Notes: generated by a model not told the origin, from the letters alone. A stretch of 64,000 nt of DNA from Carpediemonas membranifera BICM (GCA_019828565.1 JAHDYR010000038.1:264735-328734), one strand, 5' to 3'; counted from the first letter of the stretch, positions 25,043 to 36,124 are shown. Numbers and translations are program-made.

Positions 25043-26263
25043 TTACTGACCATGCCACGGGTCGACATCAACCATGGCAATCTCACAAAAAGCACAGTCT
25101 GGTGGTTCACACGGCATCATCACAGGCACCCTTTCAGTATGGGCCTTGATTCCTGAGACCACAAACCAGTCGCCATCAGCGTTACGGAACTTCGTGTCCA
25201 GAAAGAGTGCTGTGGCTTCAAATGGGACATCAATTAGCCTTTCCCCGCAACAATGGGTCCGACCCCCGGTTACCCAGCAGACGAGGGTATAGCTCCGGAA
25301 CCAGCCGGTGACTGCTTCACGAAACTTGAGCGGGGTGGGCGTGAGACAGTATTGGCCTTCTTCGCAGCCTGATAGTAGACCAGATCGGGCAATCGTGCTG
25401 GAGACAAGCCCAACGAACAGCAGATGGCGGTCGCGACAGTATGTTGTGGCAAAGTCGCCCGAGTCCACAACATGGTCGACCCTGAAGGGCAGCTCCTGGA
25501 ACCCAGTCATCTCATTCCTGTGTCCGAGTCCCAGTTCGCCGTGCTCGTTTTCTCCACTTACCGCTGACCGATCGCCATTTGACAAAAGAATGAGATCATC
25601 ACGAACCACGAGCTGATCTGGTACAAAGCGGTCGGGAAGGGTAATTGGGTGGAAGATTTCCTCGTCCTCAACGGGACCAGTGAACTGATCTGGGCAGTAG
25701 CCACCGATGACAGGCCCAGCCCTGGTGAGGATGACTGAACGGCCGCAGTGCATCCCTACGTCGTACACAAGCTCGTGCTTATGCCATGGGGCCAGGCTGG
25801 CCTCGAGCTCGGACACCTCGGGGTAGGCGGGGAAGATGAGTCGGACTGTGCCACCGGTGGATGGGCGCCCGAGCTGGAAATTGGCGTTGTGGCCCCATCC
25901 CCACAGACCCTTGGGTGTTAGGGCAATGTGGGTGAAGCAGCTGTCGTTGTAGAGCTTGAGTGCTCTGGGCATTTGAACCCTGGTGAACGTGCAGTGCTCC
26001 TCGGTGTCGACAAAGAACACTCTTCCGGCATACATGCGGTGGTGTTGCATAGCCCATGTTAATGGGCTGGTATAGCTCTCGCCGTCCTTCTCGGCGACGG
26101 TCAACGAGAAGAAGAACTTGCGGCAGAGGAACCAGAGGCTCTTGGCCTCGGGGGTGAGTCTCTGGCGGATCATGTCGTGTATGTCGCAGTCGTATGGATC
26201 TTCTCCAACGGCCTTCTCCAACACCCTGTCCTCGAGGTCTGGGTTGGCACCACTCGCCATCAT
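25043..26263 (-). CDS. RCC1/BLIP-II repeat-like protein
   Basis: LTPKGLWGWGHNANFQLG and VSGENEHGELGLGH motifs. First ATG at 26263; stop overlaps AGTAAA. Confidence 0.75.
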   Translation of the reverse strand: MMASGANPDLEDRVLEKAVGEDPYDCDIHDMIRQRLTPEAKSLWFLCRKFFFSLTVAEKDGESYTSPLTWAMQHHRMYAGRVFFVDTEEHCTFTRVQMPRALKLYNDSCFTHIALTPKGLWGWGHNANFQLGRPSTGGTVRLIFPAYPEVSELEASLAPWHKHELVYDVGMHCGRSVILTRAGPVIGGYCPDQFTGPVEDEEIFHPITLPDRFVPDQLVVRDDLILLSNGDRSAVSGENEHGELGLGHRNEMTGFQELPFRVDHVVDSGDFATTYCRDRHLLFVGLVSSTIARSGLLSGCEEGQYCLTPTPLKFREAVTGWFRSYTLVCWVTGGRTHCCGERLIDVPFEATALFLDTKFRNADGDWFVVSGIKAHTERVPVMMPCEPPDCAFCEIAMVDVDPWHGQ

Positions 26264-27152
26264 TGATTGCGTCTCGTACTTCAGAACCGAGCAAGCTTGA
26301 ACAAGCAAAGAAGAATGGGACAGATACAAGTAGCTCCTTGCCTTGGCACTGGCGTAGGATATGACATCCCACAGCCCTGCGATGAGGATAACCGCGACCC
26401 CGAATCGAGCGGAACCATAATCTCATAAAAATGGATGAAACTAGAGAACGTACGGTCGTATAGACCATAAAGTAGCGATATTCACGCTAAGCCGTCGCAG
26501 ATGAGCCCAATGGTGGTCTCGATATGCATTCGATCTTTGCTCGACCGCTGATGCTCACCGCACGCAGCCATTCCAGCGACATATGGGAGAGGCCGACCCA
26601 TCACATCCCTGCGAGCGCGTTGTCGAGGGCCCGCTGACCCGATCCAGCCCATCTCCGCAGCCCAGCTTCTGAGACATCGCCACGCCCTCCGGCATTCCGG
26701 ACTAGCGTTGCCGGGCCCGTAGACCCACATTCCGGGCGTTGGAGCCGGTCAGCAAGCTCTGTGGCACGCCTGGGCCAGCGGGTCGCGGCAACGCGAGGTG
26801 ACAGCCGATGGCGATGGCACACGCAGGAGCGGTCGGCCGACACCAGCAGACCTCTGGGGCACCTTCTGGTGCGATCAGCTGGCCTCCCCGGGCCTGCAGC
26901 CGACCCGATGCGCATTAGGGTAGTGATCTTCTGGTCGACGTCGAGCAGGGTGTCAGAGCGCTTGTAGATGATGATCTCCGGCTTCGAAACCTGTAAATGT
27001 TCATCGTGGTATCGGGTGGGGCCCTGGTTGGTGGTGGCTTAGTCAACTCGGACATGTGCTCGGCTCGAGCAGCTCGGTGTGTTCTTGGTCACGAAAATCT
27101 CGATGTCAGCGACCACTGTAATAGCGCACGGTAGAAGCATGATGCGAACCTA

Positions 27153-28004
27153 ATGAACACAGACGCTATGGAACGCGGCCCAATAAGGACGCGTCAAGCA
27201 TATGAAGCCTATATTTCGCGCGTTATCGACTCATATGTCGAAGACAGACATGTATACCCGTTCATCCGGAATCCTGGGCGTGGAAAGGGCCTCCGTAGAC
27301 GCCAACGGGGCAAAGCTGATGTCCCTTGGCATCCATTCTGGGTTGGTTGCTTCAACTTTTGTATCCCAGGTCTTGGTCTTGCCATTATTGGCCAGAAGCG
27401 TCGAGGCTGGCACTACCTGGTCTCCTTCTTAGTGATTACTCTGACCTGTCTCACCGCAGCTCTTGTCCTTTCGGTGCTAGGCATCCTTCTTGCCATCACG
27501 CTGATCGGCCTTCCCATCGCCTTCGTCCTTTTCATGCTCTCCTCCCTCTGCTTGTACGCCCCCTTCGTCCACATGATCATATGCGCCGCGGACGGCGGAG
27601 TGCTTGCCTCTAGGTTACGGCGGGGGTACTATGTTATGCCCGGGGAGGCGGGGTTCCAGCTTGCCCGCGTGCTTGGCGGCCAGTTCATTGAGCCCAACTT
27701 CTGCTTCTCCAGAGAGTCCCCAGAGGTCCCAGACATATCCAAGGTTGTTAACAAGGCCGCTGAGGCTATACGAACGATCCACGTTCGTCGCAGGCATCAG
27801 CAGCGTGAGGCAGAGTGGGTTTCTACGACATACCCGGACAGTCTGGCGGAAGGCGGGTCAGCCAGCCCTGGAGCTTCATACCCCGTTCCCTCGGCTAGAC
27901 TTGATGGTCCCGAAGAGGAGCAATGGGGCAAGGCCCGCATGTCGAAAGAACCATCTGCTGGCACACTGTCAGATGCACCGAGTGCTCCTGAGGCTTACGC
28001 GTAA
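27153..28004 (+). CDS. Membrane protein with a TM2-like motif
   Basis: 283 aa ORF starting at ATG; NFCIPGLGLAIIGQKRRG followed by 2-3 hydrophobic helices; stop in TAAA context. Confidence 0.7.
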   Translation: MNTDAMERGPIRTRQAYEAYISRVIDSYVEDRHVYPFIRNPGRGKGLRRRQRGKADVPWHPFWVGCFNFCIPGLGLAIIGQKRRGWHYLVSFLVITLTCLTAALVLSVLGILLAITLIGLPIAFVLFMLSSLCLYAPFVHMIICAADGGVLASRLRRGYYVMPGEAGFQLARVLGGQFIEPNFCFSRESPEVPDISKVVNKAAEAIRTIHVRRRHQQREAEWVSTTYPDSLAEGGSASPGASYPVPSARLDGPEEEQWGKARMSKEPSAGTLSDAPSAPEAYA

Positions 28005-28621
28005 ACATGTCGGCCCAACTCCTTGCTGGTTGCCTTATCTGTCCTCTGGGACGGTGACTTTGGGGGACTTCATGCGAAAGGTCGAAAAGAAGGAAAGAAC
28101 TGTTGAATCGTCATGTGTCGGCTGTAATATTCCAGCTATTGGGATGATAACTCGGTTCTAGGAACTGTCTGGCGTTGAGCGCGCCTGTACGTTTCCCATT
28201 TATCGTATACATTGAGTTTGGTACTGCCGCTGCGGTAAACGTACCAACCTCTTGTTGTTTCATGCTCCCAATCTCCTGGGTAGCCCTCGCGATTAAGCGC
28301 TGGGTCGACTCCATTTTCGAGAATGGCCGCCCCTTGAAATCCCGAGTTGACACACCCCGGACTAATTTCTAGAACATGACATTTTACGGTGCAGATAGAG
28401 ACCAGCAGGCCAGCATGGCAGGAAGCATGGAAATCCCAGTTGATTTGGTCCCAACGAGCTCAGTGTTGAGTCGCCCCACCAATTACAGCTGTACATGTCG
28501 AACGGCCCAACCCTGACTGTGGCTACCTGTGTGCTGGGTTGGCACCAGTGTCACCTTGCTTTCCAGCAGGTGCAGCTTTGCAGTGAACGTAGCATGTCAT
28601 GAACAGGCCAAGACAACAAGC

Positions 28622-29371
28622 ATGGAGATTCCGACAAAGAAAGGGACGATTATAAGCCTCGTAGGAGCAGGGGGGAAGACGCATCTCGCCTATTTGCTCG
28701 CGAAGAAGGCAGCAACCGAAGGACTGCGTGTGGTGATCACGACCACGACGCGTCTGCAGCCTCCCTCTGAAGACCACATTGCTGTGCACGACAGCCGTAT
28801 TCCCGTGGTTATTGCTCACACTCTTTCGGAGTTCTCTGCATTGTGCACGCTTGAGCCCGGCGACCAGGTCCTGCTGACGTCTAAGAAGGACAAGGAGCTC
28901 GAGCGGCTCATCGGCATCCCTACCATCATGCCCAGGGACCTCATCACGAATGGCCTCGCAGACATTGTGATCTGCGAGGCCGACGGAGCCAGACTCCTGC
29001 CGCTCAAGATGTACGCCCCACACGAGCCTGTCCCCGCCATTGGAACTACCGACCTCATCACAGTCGCCGGGTTGGATGCTGTGAACACTGTCATCTCCGA
29101 CGCTACTGTCTTCAGGCCTGAGCTTGTTCGCGGGGCTGCCAAGGCTGACACCCTCCACCCGTCCGCCTTCGCCAGAGTCGTGCGGGCCCTGGACGAGGGT
29201 GCCGCTGTGCATGCTCCGGGTGCGGTCCGGTATGTCGTGCTCAACAAGCTCGACACTGTTGGGGCCGATGTTGTCCGCGAGGTGTGTGCTGAGCTGCCCG
29301 ACGCCCTTCTCTCTTCGTTCAAGCGAGATGGCCTCGTCTTTGACATGTGCAGAAACTTCGCGATGGATTGA
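28622..29371 (+). CDS. yqeC: Selenium-dependent molybdenum hydroxylase accessory protein YqeC
   Basis: IISLVGAGGKT P-loop, VVITTTTR, ICEADGARLLPLK...HEPV and VVLNKLD occur in the order and spacing of YqeC; ~249 aa from ATG 28622; no intron. Confidence 0.88.
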   Translation: MEIPTKKGTIISLVGAGGKTHLAYLLAKKAATEGLRVVITTTTRLQPPSEDHIAVHDSRIPVVIAHTLSEFSALCTLEPGDQVLLTSKKDKELERLIGIPTIMPRDLITNGLADIVICEADGARLLPLKMYAPHEPVPAIGTTDLITVAGLDAVNTVISDATVFRPELVRGAAKADTLHPSAFARVVRALDEGAAVHAPGAVRYVVLNKLDTVGADVVREVCAELPDALLSSFKRDGLVFDMCRNFAMD

Positions 29372-29475
29372 ATAAACTTGTTACATGTGTGGCTGTCGCC
29401 GTCCAGGCTGGTCGTCTCGATCCGTTTCGACCGTTTCAGTGGGGATGACCTGCCGGCCGACTGCATTCAGACTGA

Positions 29476-32323
29476 CCTTTGCTCCGGTGACTTGACCGAC
29501 GCTGCCAGTGGAAGAGACCCAGGCGAGCTCTGTTTTATAATACACGGGAAAGTCTAAAATTCGTCCTCCGCGGCGGCCTCCTCCTCGAGCGCCCGGATCT
29601 GCTCCTCGAGGGCGCGCTGCTGCGCCAGGAGCTCCTCCTCGCTGATCTCGTCGAAGTCGAAGCTCTCGTCGAACTCGGGCCGCCTCTGCATGTCGACGTC
29701 GACCGTCTCGTCGAAGTCAAACGACTCGTCAAGCGCCATCGCGGCGGGAGCCGGTTCGGGCTCTTCGGCGGGCGTGAGCGAGCGAGACAGCGCATGCTTG
29801 CTCTCGGCATTGCTCACACGCGCGGGCCTCGGCTGCCGCGCCGGCTCGGGCTCGGGCTCGCTTTCAGCGGGCTCCGCAGCCTCGAGGTTGGCCAGCGACC
29901 GGAAGCGGTGGAGGTACATGCGCGGGCCGATGGGGTATACGTGCGCGTGGTTGGTGAAGAGCATGATGAAGTCGTCCGACGTGATGTCCGTAGCCACGGA
30001 CGCGAGCAGGTGCGCGATGTCGTCCTCGGCCTCGCGGTCGCCAAGAACCGTGACATCCGCCTCCTGCGGGTCGATGATGCCGTCGCCGTCCTGGTCGAGC
30101 AGCTCGAAGATGTTGCCCAGCGCCTCCCTGCGCAGGTTCTCGGCGAGCACGCGCGACCGCTTGGGCGTGTGGACCGTCGAGGCGAGCAGGTGTGCCTTCT
30201 CATTCTCGCGCTGGATGCGGCGCTCCTTCATGTCGTCGTACTCGAACCACGTCGCGTACAGGTGGTCCGACACGTTGCCGCGGTTCCTGCTAAGACTCTG
30301 GGCGACCGACACGGGCGGCTTGCGGGCCTTGAACGGCTTGACCTTGGAGTACTCCGCGACGGCCTCCGCGCGACCCCGCCGGACTTCCTCGATGCGGGCC
30401 TCTGTCTCCTTCTTCGAGTTGACGAGCCGGTTGATGAAGTCCTCCCGCGACTCGCCCTCGAGCTGGCGGATGCGCTTCGACTTCTTCATGAAGGCGCGCG
30501 ACTGCGACAGGTCGGGCTTGAACGTGTGGTCGAGCGGGAACCACTGCTTGTACTCTGTCTGGCGCTCGTGCCGCACCTTGGCGTCCTCGAACAGCAGCTC
30601 GTGCGCCTTCGCCTGCTCAGGCCGGCGGCGCAGCATCGTCTTGAATGCGCGCGCGTCCTTGTTGACCTCGGGCGCGAACGTGCAGCCCTCCATCTTCTCG
30701 GACTCGCGCATCTCGGCGAGCTTGGCCTTCTGCTTCTCGGCGATGTCCTGGTACTTACCCAACCGCTCGACGATGTCGCCGTCCTGGCCCATGCGCTGCG
30801 CCATTTTCGAGATCGTCGGCCGGAACGTCGCCTCCTCGTCGTTGATCTCCTCGGCGGCCGCCTCGCGGAGCTTCTTGAGCTGCGCCTCGCGCTGCTTGGC
30901 CTCCGTGTACAGCTTCTCGCCGTAGTTCTGGCAGTCGCCCGCGTTCCTGCTCTTCGTCAGCTGCTTCGTGACGGCCGACAGTTGTGGCACACGTACCGAC
31001 GCCTGCTCGCTCGCGGCGGCGGCCTCGCGCGCTTGCTCGAGGTGCTTGCGCTTGGCGTCGCCGTAGCTATGGAGCCGGTCGAAGACGGAGTCGTCCTTCA
31101 GCACCTTCTTCTTGTGCTTCTCCTGCGACGCCGTCTTCGGCCGTTGCGCCAGGCGCTCCATCGCGGCCGCCTGTGACGCGCTATTGCGGCGCGAGTGCTG
31201 CGGTGACGCCTCAGCCGCGCTCATGGACGCCGTGCGTGGCCGCGAGAGGCGGGAAATCGTCTCACGCTGCTGCCGCCGGGAGACGGGCTTCGTTCGCTTG
31301 GGCTGGACCGTGTTCTCGGCGGTGCTCGTGCCCATGTCGCGGATGGTCTTGCGGATGTGCTTGGCGAGCGGCGCTGTAATGGACTCGTCGAGTCCGTACC
31401 GCGCGATGAACGCCTTGGCGAGATCGGTCGGCGCCTCGCCCTTGTGGACGGTGATCGTGCCCCTGCTCGCCGTTACCGATGTCAACCGTCATTACGAGCA
31501 CGACAGGCTTCTCCTCGGGTGCGGGTTTGCCCTTGGTCGGCGAGTTAAGCGTCTCACGCCAGACGCGGCGCTGCTCGAAGCCCTCCATCTCACTCGCGAG
31601 GAACTTGGACTCCTCCAGCGCGAAACGGTCTTGCTGCAGGCGGCGGCGCTCGTTCTCCCGCTCGCTGAGGATGGCCGCCTCCTCGCAGAGCCGCTCGATC
31701 TCCTGGGCCCGCTGCATGGCGAGTTCCTCGGCCACGCGCTGGCGCTCCTCGGCCTCGTACTGTGCACGGAGTTCGTCCATCTTGCCCCTGCTGCTCGCGT
31801 CTGAAGGCCTCCTGCTCCTCCAGGAGGCGCTGGCGCTCGCGCATGGCGATCTGCTGCTGCTCTTTCTGCAGGAGCTCGCGCTCGAGGGCGCGCGCTTCCC
31901 TGAGCTCCAGCGCAAGGCGCTTGGCTTCCTCCCCTGACGCCTGCTTGACGGCGTCCTGGTATTGCTCCCGTTCTTTAAGCAAATGTTCGCGCTCGGTCAT
32001 CGAGAGCTCGTGCTGCTGCTCTCGCGCGAGCATGTTCTCGATTGACGAGGTTAGTTGCACTTTCTGCTGGCTGACGCGGCGCGTGAGCTCCGTAGTCATT
32101 GGAGTTGTTCTCGAAAATCTCGACATAAACTGCGCAGAGAGGTTCCTGGCAGTCCACGAGGGCTCCCGCTGAAGGTACTGGCGTGGCTTTGCTCGCCTAG
32201 ATGCCCAGGATACGCGTGTCACTCTGGCGATTCGACCCGTCGACTTACATTGACCCAAGACTGGCATCACCAGGAGTCGGCCAAGGGGGCCGCGGAAGGC
32301 CGGGTGCGACTGATGCGCGAGTC
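29476..32323 (-). repeat. Left arm (2848 bp) of a large inverted duplication
   Basis: Reverse complement of 32616-35461. Differences seen: extra C at 31460-31463, extra C at 31785-31788, and one synonymous substitution (31652 vs 33286). Confidence 0.97.
29554..32126 (-). pseudogene. Second copy of the coiled-coil/EF-hand gene, broken as assembled by two +1 C insertions
   Basis: Split into ORFs 31590..32270, 31262..31915 and 29554..31485, whose pieces reconstitute the 904 aa ORF of the right arm. Confidence 0.7.
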
Positions 32324-32615
32324 ACTGGCTGGTGATCATGCGCGAAGTCCGTGAAGTCGCTAATAGGGTCGACCCCAGCGTAACGCCCGCGTGTGGGTTT
32401 TGCCGGATGCTGATATAGGTCTGCCGCGCTTTAAATTTGTTAGATTATGCACACCGTCGGCCTTGTCATCGGCGATCGCCAGCCATAAGTGCAGCCACAA
32501 ATATGCACTATGATTGACACTATCCTGCAGCTCATGAAGCGTCACATGGACAATCCTGAATCCGTTTGTTTATAAACAGTTTTTCGGGCTTCCTCGCCTG
32601 CAGTCAGGAGCACGC

Positions 32616-35461
32616 GACTCGCGCATCAGTCGCACCCGGCCTTCCGCGGCCCCCTTGGCCGACTCCTGGTGATGCCAGTCTTGGGTCAATGTAAGTCGAC
32701 GGGTCGAATCGCCAGAGTGACACGCGTATCCTGGGCATCTAGGCGAGCAAAGCCACGCCAGTACCTTCAGCGGGAGCCCTCGTGGACTGCCAGGAACCTC
32801 TCTGCGCAGTTTATGTCGAGATTTTCGAGAACAACTCCAATGACTACGGAGCTCACGCGCCGCGTCAGCCAGCAGAAAGTGCAACTAACCTCGTCAATCG
32901 AGAACATGCTCGCGCGAGAGCAGCAGCACGAGCTCTCGATGACCGAGCGCGAACATTTGCTTAAAGAACGGGAGCAATACCAGGACGCCGTCAAGCAGGC
33001 GTCAGGGGAGGAAGCCAAGCGCCTTGCGCTGGAGCTCAGGGAAGCGCGCGCCCTCGAGCGCGAGCTCCTGCAGAAAGAGCAGCAGCAGATCGCCATGCGC
33101 GAGCGCCAGCGCCTCCTGGAGGAGCAGGAGGCCTTCAGACGCGAGCAGCAGGGCAAGATGGACGAACTCCGTGCACAGTACGAGGCCGAGGAGCGCCAGC
33201 GCGTGGCCGAGGAACTCGCCATGCAGCGGGCCCAGGAGATCGAGCGGCTCTGCGAGGAGGCGGCCATCCTCAGCGAGCGGGAGAATGAGCGCCGCCGCCT
33301 GCAGCAAGACCGTTTCGCGCTGGAGGAGTCCAAGTTCCTCGCGAGTGAGATGGAGGGCTTCGAGCAGCGCCGCGTCTGGCGTGAGACGCTTAACTCGCCG
33401 ACCAAGGGCAAACCCGCACCCGAGGAGAAGCCTGTCGTGCTCGTAATGACGGTTGACATCGGTAACGGCGAGCAGGGCACGATCACCGTCCACAAGGGCG
33501 AGGCGCCGACCGATCTCGCCAAGGCGTTCATCGCGCGGTACGGACTCGACGAGTCCATTACAGCGCCGCTCGCCAAGCACATCCGCAAGACCATCCGCGA
33601 CATGGGCACGAGCACCGCCGAGAACACGGTCCAGCCCAAGCGAACGAAGCCCGTCTCCCGGCGGCAGCAGCGTGAGACGATTTCCCGCCTCTCGCGGCCA
33701 CGCACGGCGTCCATGAGCGCGGCTGAGGCGTCACCGCAGCACTCGCGCCGCAATAGCGCGTCACAGGCGGCCGCGATGGAGCGCCTGGCGCAACGGCCGA
33801 AGACGGCGTCGCAGGAGAAGCACAAGAAGAAGGTGCTGAAGGACGACTCCGTCTTCGACCGGCTCCATAGCTACGGCGACGCCAAGCGCAAGCACCTCGA
33901 GCAAGCGCGCGAGGCCGCCGCCGCGAGCGAGCAGGCGTCGGTACGTGTGCCACAACTGTCGGCCGTCACGAAGCAGCTGACGAAGAGCAGGAACGCGGGC
34001 GACTGCCAGAACTACGGCGAGAAGCTGTACACGGAGGCCAAGCAGCGCGAGGCGCAGCTCAAGAAGCTCCGCGAGGCGGCCGCCGAGGAGATCAACGACG
34101 AGGAGGCGACGTTCCGGCCGACGATCTCGAAAATGGCGCAGCGCATGGGCCAGGACGGCGACATCGTCGAGCGGTTGGGTAAGTACCAGGACATCGCCGA
34201 GAAGCAGAAGGCCAAGCTCGCCGAGATGCGCGAGTCCGAGAAGATGGAGGGCTGCACGTTCGCGCCCGAGGTCAACAAGGACGCGCGCGCATTCAAGACG
34301 ATGCTGCGCCGCCGGCCTGAGCAGGCGAAGGCGCACGAGCTGCTGTTCGAGGACGCCAAGGTGCGGCACGAGCGCCAGACAGAGTACAAGCAGTGGTTCC
34401 CGCTCGACCACACGTTCAAGCCCGACCTGTCGCAGTCGCGCGCCTTCATGAAGAAGTCGAAGCGCATCCGCCAGCTCGAGGGCGAGTCGCGGGAGGACTT
34501 CATCAACCGGCTCGTCAACTCGAAGAAGGAGACAGAGGCCCGCATCGAGGAAGTCCGGCGGGGTCGCGCGGAGGCCGTCGCGGAGTACTCCAAGGTCAAG
34601 CCGTTCAAGGCCCGCAAGCCGCCCGTGTCGGTCGCCCAGAGTCTTAGCAGGAACCGCGGCAACGTGTCGGACCACCTGTACGCGACGTGGTTCGAGTACG
34701 ACGACATGAAGGAGCGCCGCATCCAGCGCGAGAATGAGAAGGCACACCTGCTCGCCTCGACGGTCCACACGCCCAAGCGGTCGCGCGTGCTCGCCGAGAA
34801 CCTGCGCAGGGAGGCGCTGGGCAACATCTTCGAGCTGCTCGACCAGGACGGCGACGGCATCATCGACCCGCAGGAGGCGGATGTCACGGTTCTTGGCGAC
34901 CGCGAGGCCGAGGACGACATCGCGCACCTGCTCGCGTCCGTGGCTACGGACATCACGTCGGACGACTTCATCATGCTCTTCACCAACCACGCGCACGTAT
35001 ACCCCATCGGCCCGCGCATGTACCTCCACCGCTTCCGGTCGCTGGCCAACCTCGAGGCTGCGGAGCCCGCTGAAAGCGAGCCCGAGCCCGAGCCGGCGCG
35101 GCAGCCGAGGCCCGCGCGTGTGAGCAATGCCGAGAGCAAGCATGCGCTGTCTCGCTCGCTCACGCCCGCCGAAGAGCCCGAACCGGCTCCCGCCGCGATG
35201 GCGCTTGACGAGTCGTTTGACTTCGACGAGACGGTCGACGTCGACATGCAGAGGCGGCCCGAGTTCGACGAGAGCTTCGACTTCGACGAGATCAGCGAGG
35301 AGGAGCTCCTGGCGCAGCAGCGCGCCCTCGAGGAGCAGATCCGGGCGCTCGAGGAGGAGGCCGCCGCGGAGGACGAATTTTAGACTTTCCCGTGTATTAT
35401 AAAACAGAGCTCGCCTGGGTCTCTTCCACTGGCAGCGTCGGTCAAGTCACCGGAGCAAAGG
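32616..35461 (+). repeat. Right arm (2846 bp) of the inverted duplication; unique 292 bp spacer at 32324-32615
   Basis: Inner ends GACTGATGCGCGAGTC / GACTCGCGCATCAGTC; outer ends CCTTTGCTCCG / CGGAGCAAAGG; mirrored ORF sets are identical. Confidence 0.97.
32813..35383 (+). CDS. Coiled-coil protein with TFxP repeats and a C-terminal EF-hand, probably cytoskeletal/microtubule-associated
   Basis: Long E/R/Q coiled coil; small globular domain VMTVDIGNGEQGTITVHKGEAPTDLAKAFIARYGL; TFRPTIS/CTFAPEVN/TFKPDLS repeats; FELLDQDGDGII EF-hand loop. Start uncertain (32669-32840). Confidence 0.8.
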   Translation: MSRFSRTTPMTTELTRRVSQQKVQLTSSIENMLAREQQHELSMTEREHLLKEREQYQDAVKQASGEEAKRLALELREARALERELLQKEQQQIAMRERQRLLEEQEAFRREQQGKMDELRAQYEAEERQRVAEELAMQRAQEIERLCEEAAILSERENERRRLQQDRFALEESKFLASEMEGFEQRRVWRETLNSPTKGKPAPEEKPVVLVMTVDIGNGEQGTITVHKGEAPTDLAKAFIARYGLDESITAPLAKHIRKTIRDMGTSTAENTVQPKRTKPVSRRQQRETISRLSRPRTASMSAAEASPQHSRRNSASQAAAMERLAQRPKTASQEKHKKKVLKDDSVFDRLHSYGDAKRKHLEQAREAAAASEQASVRVPQLSAVTKQLTKSRNAGDCQNYGEKLYTEAKQREAQLKKLREAAAEEINDEEATFRPTISKMAQRMGQDGDIVERLGKYQDIAEKQKAKLAEMRESEKMEGCTFAPEVNKDARAFKTMLRRRPEQAKAHELLFEDAKVRHERQTEYKQWFPLDHTFKPDLSQSRAFMKKSKRIRQLEGESREDFINRLVNSKKETEARIEEVRRGRAEAVAEYSKVKPFKARKPPVSVAQSLSRNRGNVSDHLYATWFEYDDMKERRIQRENEKAHLLASTVHTPKRSRVLAENLRREALGNIFELLDQDGDGIIDPQEADVTVLGDREAEDDIAHLLASVATDITSDDFIMLFTNHAHVYPIGPRMYLHRFRSLANLEAAEPAESEPEPEPARQPRPARVSNAESKHALSRSLTPAEEPEPAPAAMALDESFDFDETVDVDMQRRPEFDESFDFDEISEEELLAQQRALEEQIRALEEEAAAEDEF

Positions 35462-35788
35462 CATCAAGACGATCGTGAGTCTGGAAAAAACGGTGCCTAA
35501 ACCTCAATTTATATACGCTCACATAAACAGCTGCAAAACCGCACCCCGCGCGGCATGGCAGGTGTGGCTCATTGCCGGAATGTTGCGCAGTATAAACACA
35601 TTGTTTGACCCTTCAATAGCACACGGAAGACCGCCTTAACCTGCACATTTAGAGAAGCGAGTTGTCCCAAGATGACGTTATAAGGACGATGTACTCATGT
35701 TTTTGATCTATGTTGTGGCTACGAACTCCCTCTGCGAACTCGTATGCGAACGCTTGCTTACAGAACACGAGTATCGAACATTCCAACC

Positions 35789-36124
35789 ATGAACAAGCTC
35801 CCCAACACCAAGAAGCTCGACGATGAGATCATGAGCGTCATCCGAAACGAGATTCACGAGACCCACCACTCAGTGCTTGCTCGGCAGATCGAGCAGAAGA
35901 TGGCCGAGCGCCATCCTCGCATGGATCACGATGTGCTTAGGACCCATGTGCTGGATCACATCCACAAGCTCTACGAGGATGGGACATTAGCCAAGGCACC
36001 GCACCACCGATATCGGGTGGCGGGTGAGCGTATTACCAAGCGGAGGGCGAGTCATGAACCTAGTATGCCGAGGCAGGGGACGCGGCACAGCACCAGGATC
36101 CAGGAGACGCACCACGGCATGTAG
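35789..36124 (+). CDS. Small winged-helix protein resembling the linker histone H1/H15 globular domain, with a short basic tail
   Basis: LDDEIMSVI...SVLARQIEQKMAERH...LRTHVLDHIHKLYEDGTLAK..HRYRV fits the three-helix-plus-wing pattern; clean codon usage; TAG followed by TAAA. Confidence 0.5.
   Translation: MNKLPNTKKLDDEIMSVIRNEIHETHHSVLARQIEQKMAERHPRMDHDVLRTHVLDHIHKLYEDGTLAKAPHHRYRVAGERITKRRASHEPSMPRQGTRHSTRIQETHHGM

Noticed and set aside
26480-27120. Coding-like GC-rich minus-strand stretch (VSKPEIIIYKRSDTLLDVDQKITTL...)
   Set aside because: Probably a decayed gene fragment, but no family is recognisable and there is no clean ORF.
28111-28353. Small minus-strand ORF (MESTQRLIARATQEIGSMK...)
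   Set aside because: Could be a real micro-protein, but no motif or other support.
29369-29475. TGA stop of yqeC as a selenocysteine codon
   Set aside because: The domain is complete before it, AATAAA follows immediately, and no convincing SECIS is seen.
29690-35247. Long antisense ORFs (411 and 460 aa, each twice) and many others opposite real genes
   Set aside because: Shadow frames caused by high GC3 codon bias; no motifs; fully overlap supported genes.
29476-35461. Inverted repeat as transposon terminal inverted repeats
   Set aside because: The arms are a host-type gene, the spacer encodes no transposase, and no target-site duplication is seen.
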